This document shows, one piece after another, positions 62,805 through 64,000 of a DNA stretch of 64,000 bases. The DNA comes from Eledone cirrhosa (Eukaryota), in assembly GCA_964016885.1 (NCBI GenBank), contig OZ024761.1, positions 5,022,001 to 5,086,000 of the forward strand. The letters are read 5' to 3'. Numbering within the stretch: the stretch's first letter is position 1; every line of letters starts with the position of its first letter. Below the pieces are notes generated by a model that saw only the letters and a program-made list of their open reading frames with translations, made no database searches and was not told the DNA's origin. The translations under genes were made by a program, and so were the position numbers.

Positions 62805-62869
62805 TCATCAGTTGTCTACTAGACATCATAGGCATTTCTTTGTGTTAAAGACAAGATACCTCAGCCTAC
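62805..62869 (-). ncRNA. Permuted, pseudoknotted hammerhead-like motif with k-turn, copy 3
   Basis: Minus strand GTAGGC-TGA-GGTAT-C-TTGTCTT-TAACACAAA-GAA-ATGCC-TATGAT-GTCTAG-TAGACAA-CTGATGA. Confidence 0.72.
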
Positions 62870-63419
62870 GGCGAAACAATAACTAAAGTAAGTTATTGGG
62901 ATAAAAAGAAGTGGGTGGAGAAAGAGAAAGACATGTAAACAAACACGATGGGTGAAGCAACGTAAAGAGAGGAAAAAAGGAAAAAATTAAGTCAATGGCT
63001 TTGGCCTCGCCATGGACACGAGGTTTCTGGCAAGGGCAACGTTGGTAGAGAAACCTGTACACCATTTGGGACACGATTTCACATCGAAAACAAATTAGTT
63101 TGTATGGAAAACAGCTGGTCCTCTACAGTCTTATTACTCTGGAGTTTCACCATTTAGCCATATTCGAAGATAAGAACGGGCGAATTTTGACGAGGAGAAA
63201 AAGACAGCATCTTGACCGTAGCAGTGTGAGCAAGAAAGACTGCATACAGTGTTGGACGATGGAGGAAGTGAGAGAGAGGGTGAGTAGCAGAGAGTGAGTG
63301 AGTGAAAATGCGAGGAAGAGGCTAGCCGAGAGAGGGTGACTAGCAGAGGGGGTGAGTGAAAGTAAGAGGGAGAAGGATAAAGAGAAGGGGAGAGAGAGAG
63401 GATAGCAGCAAGAGAAGAG

Positions 63420-63454
<35 letters not shown>

Positions 63455-63672
63455 ATATATATTTATATATATTACAACAGAGATACTCTTTTATTCCTTT
63501 ATTCATTTATTGCTGGTTTCAGTCATTGGACTGAGCCCATGCTGGAGCACATCCTTCAAGTGTATATATATATAGAGAGAGATATAGATAGGTAAATATA
63601 CACGGGTGTGTATGATTGTGTATAGAAGATTATATTAATAAGAGGAATTCCAACTTTGTCTGATTTACTCGT

Positions 63673-64000
63673 TTTATTTACAATCCTTTAAAATATATAT
63701 AATGGTATTATAATGAAATAGTATGATAGAATATTAAATTCTAAGTGTTAATTGAACAAGTACTTTCATGCTTTCGCAATCTTCAGGTTCATGATATGTG
63801 GTGACAGTCGAGTTTTCAATTTTCAACTGTAATAATCTCATTACAGTTGAAAATTGCAAACTCGACTGTCACCACATATCATGAACCTGAAGATTGCGAA
63901 AGCATGAAAGTACTTGTTCAATTAACACTTAGAATTTAATATTCTATCATACTATTTCATTAGAATACCATTATATATATTTTAAAGGATTGTAAATAAA
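63673..64000. mobile_element. Near-perfect palindrome (arms 63673-63833 / 63840-64000+), Penelope-like fold-back
   Basis: 161-bp arms with a 6-nt loop and only a couple of mismatches; a hammerhead in each arm. Confidence 0.85.
63882..63920 (+). ncRNA. Minimal type I hammerhead ribozyme (mirror copy 63753-63791 -)
   Basis: TGAAC-CTGAAGA-T-TGC(GAAA)GCA-T-GAAA-GTACTT-GTTCA; stem I TGAAC/GTTCA, GNRA-capped stem II, palindromic AGTACT stem III. Confidence 0.85.

Overview
AT-rich, microsatellite- and transposon-dense animal genomic DNA; the SINE and microsatellite content suggests an octopus-like cephalopod (inference). It holds three spliced genes read by hand from splice sites and frame continuity: the last six coding exons of a GLT1D1-like glycosyltransferase (+, 13165-23208), a complete DENR gene (-, six coding exons 46326-35277, 185 aa) and the last three coding exons of TATDN3 (-, 62344-55053). 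The rest is RTE and CRE-type LINE fragments, a DD37D (maT) transposon, Tc1/pogo, piggyBac and hAT-type MITEs, a non-autonomous Helitron, tRNA-derived SINEs, many minisatellites, and short Penelope-like fold-back elements carrying minimal hammerhead ribozymes. The most striking signal is a 65-nt RNA motif in three divergent copies (12668-12732 -, 29218-29282 +, 62805-62869 -). It has all hammerhead core nucleotides, but in a strand order that is not type I, II or III. This forces a pseudoknot, and a kink-turn-consensus internal loop sits in stem III. Segment lengths are identical in all copies and the helices covary. Several minisatellites also amplify real splice sites into 9-31 tandem decoy copies.
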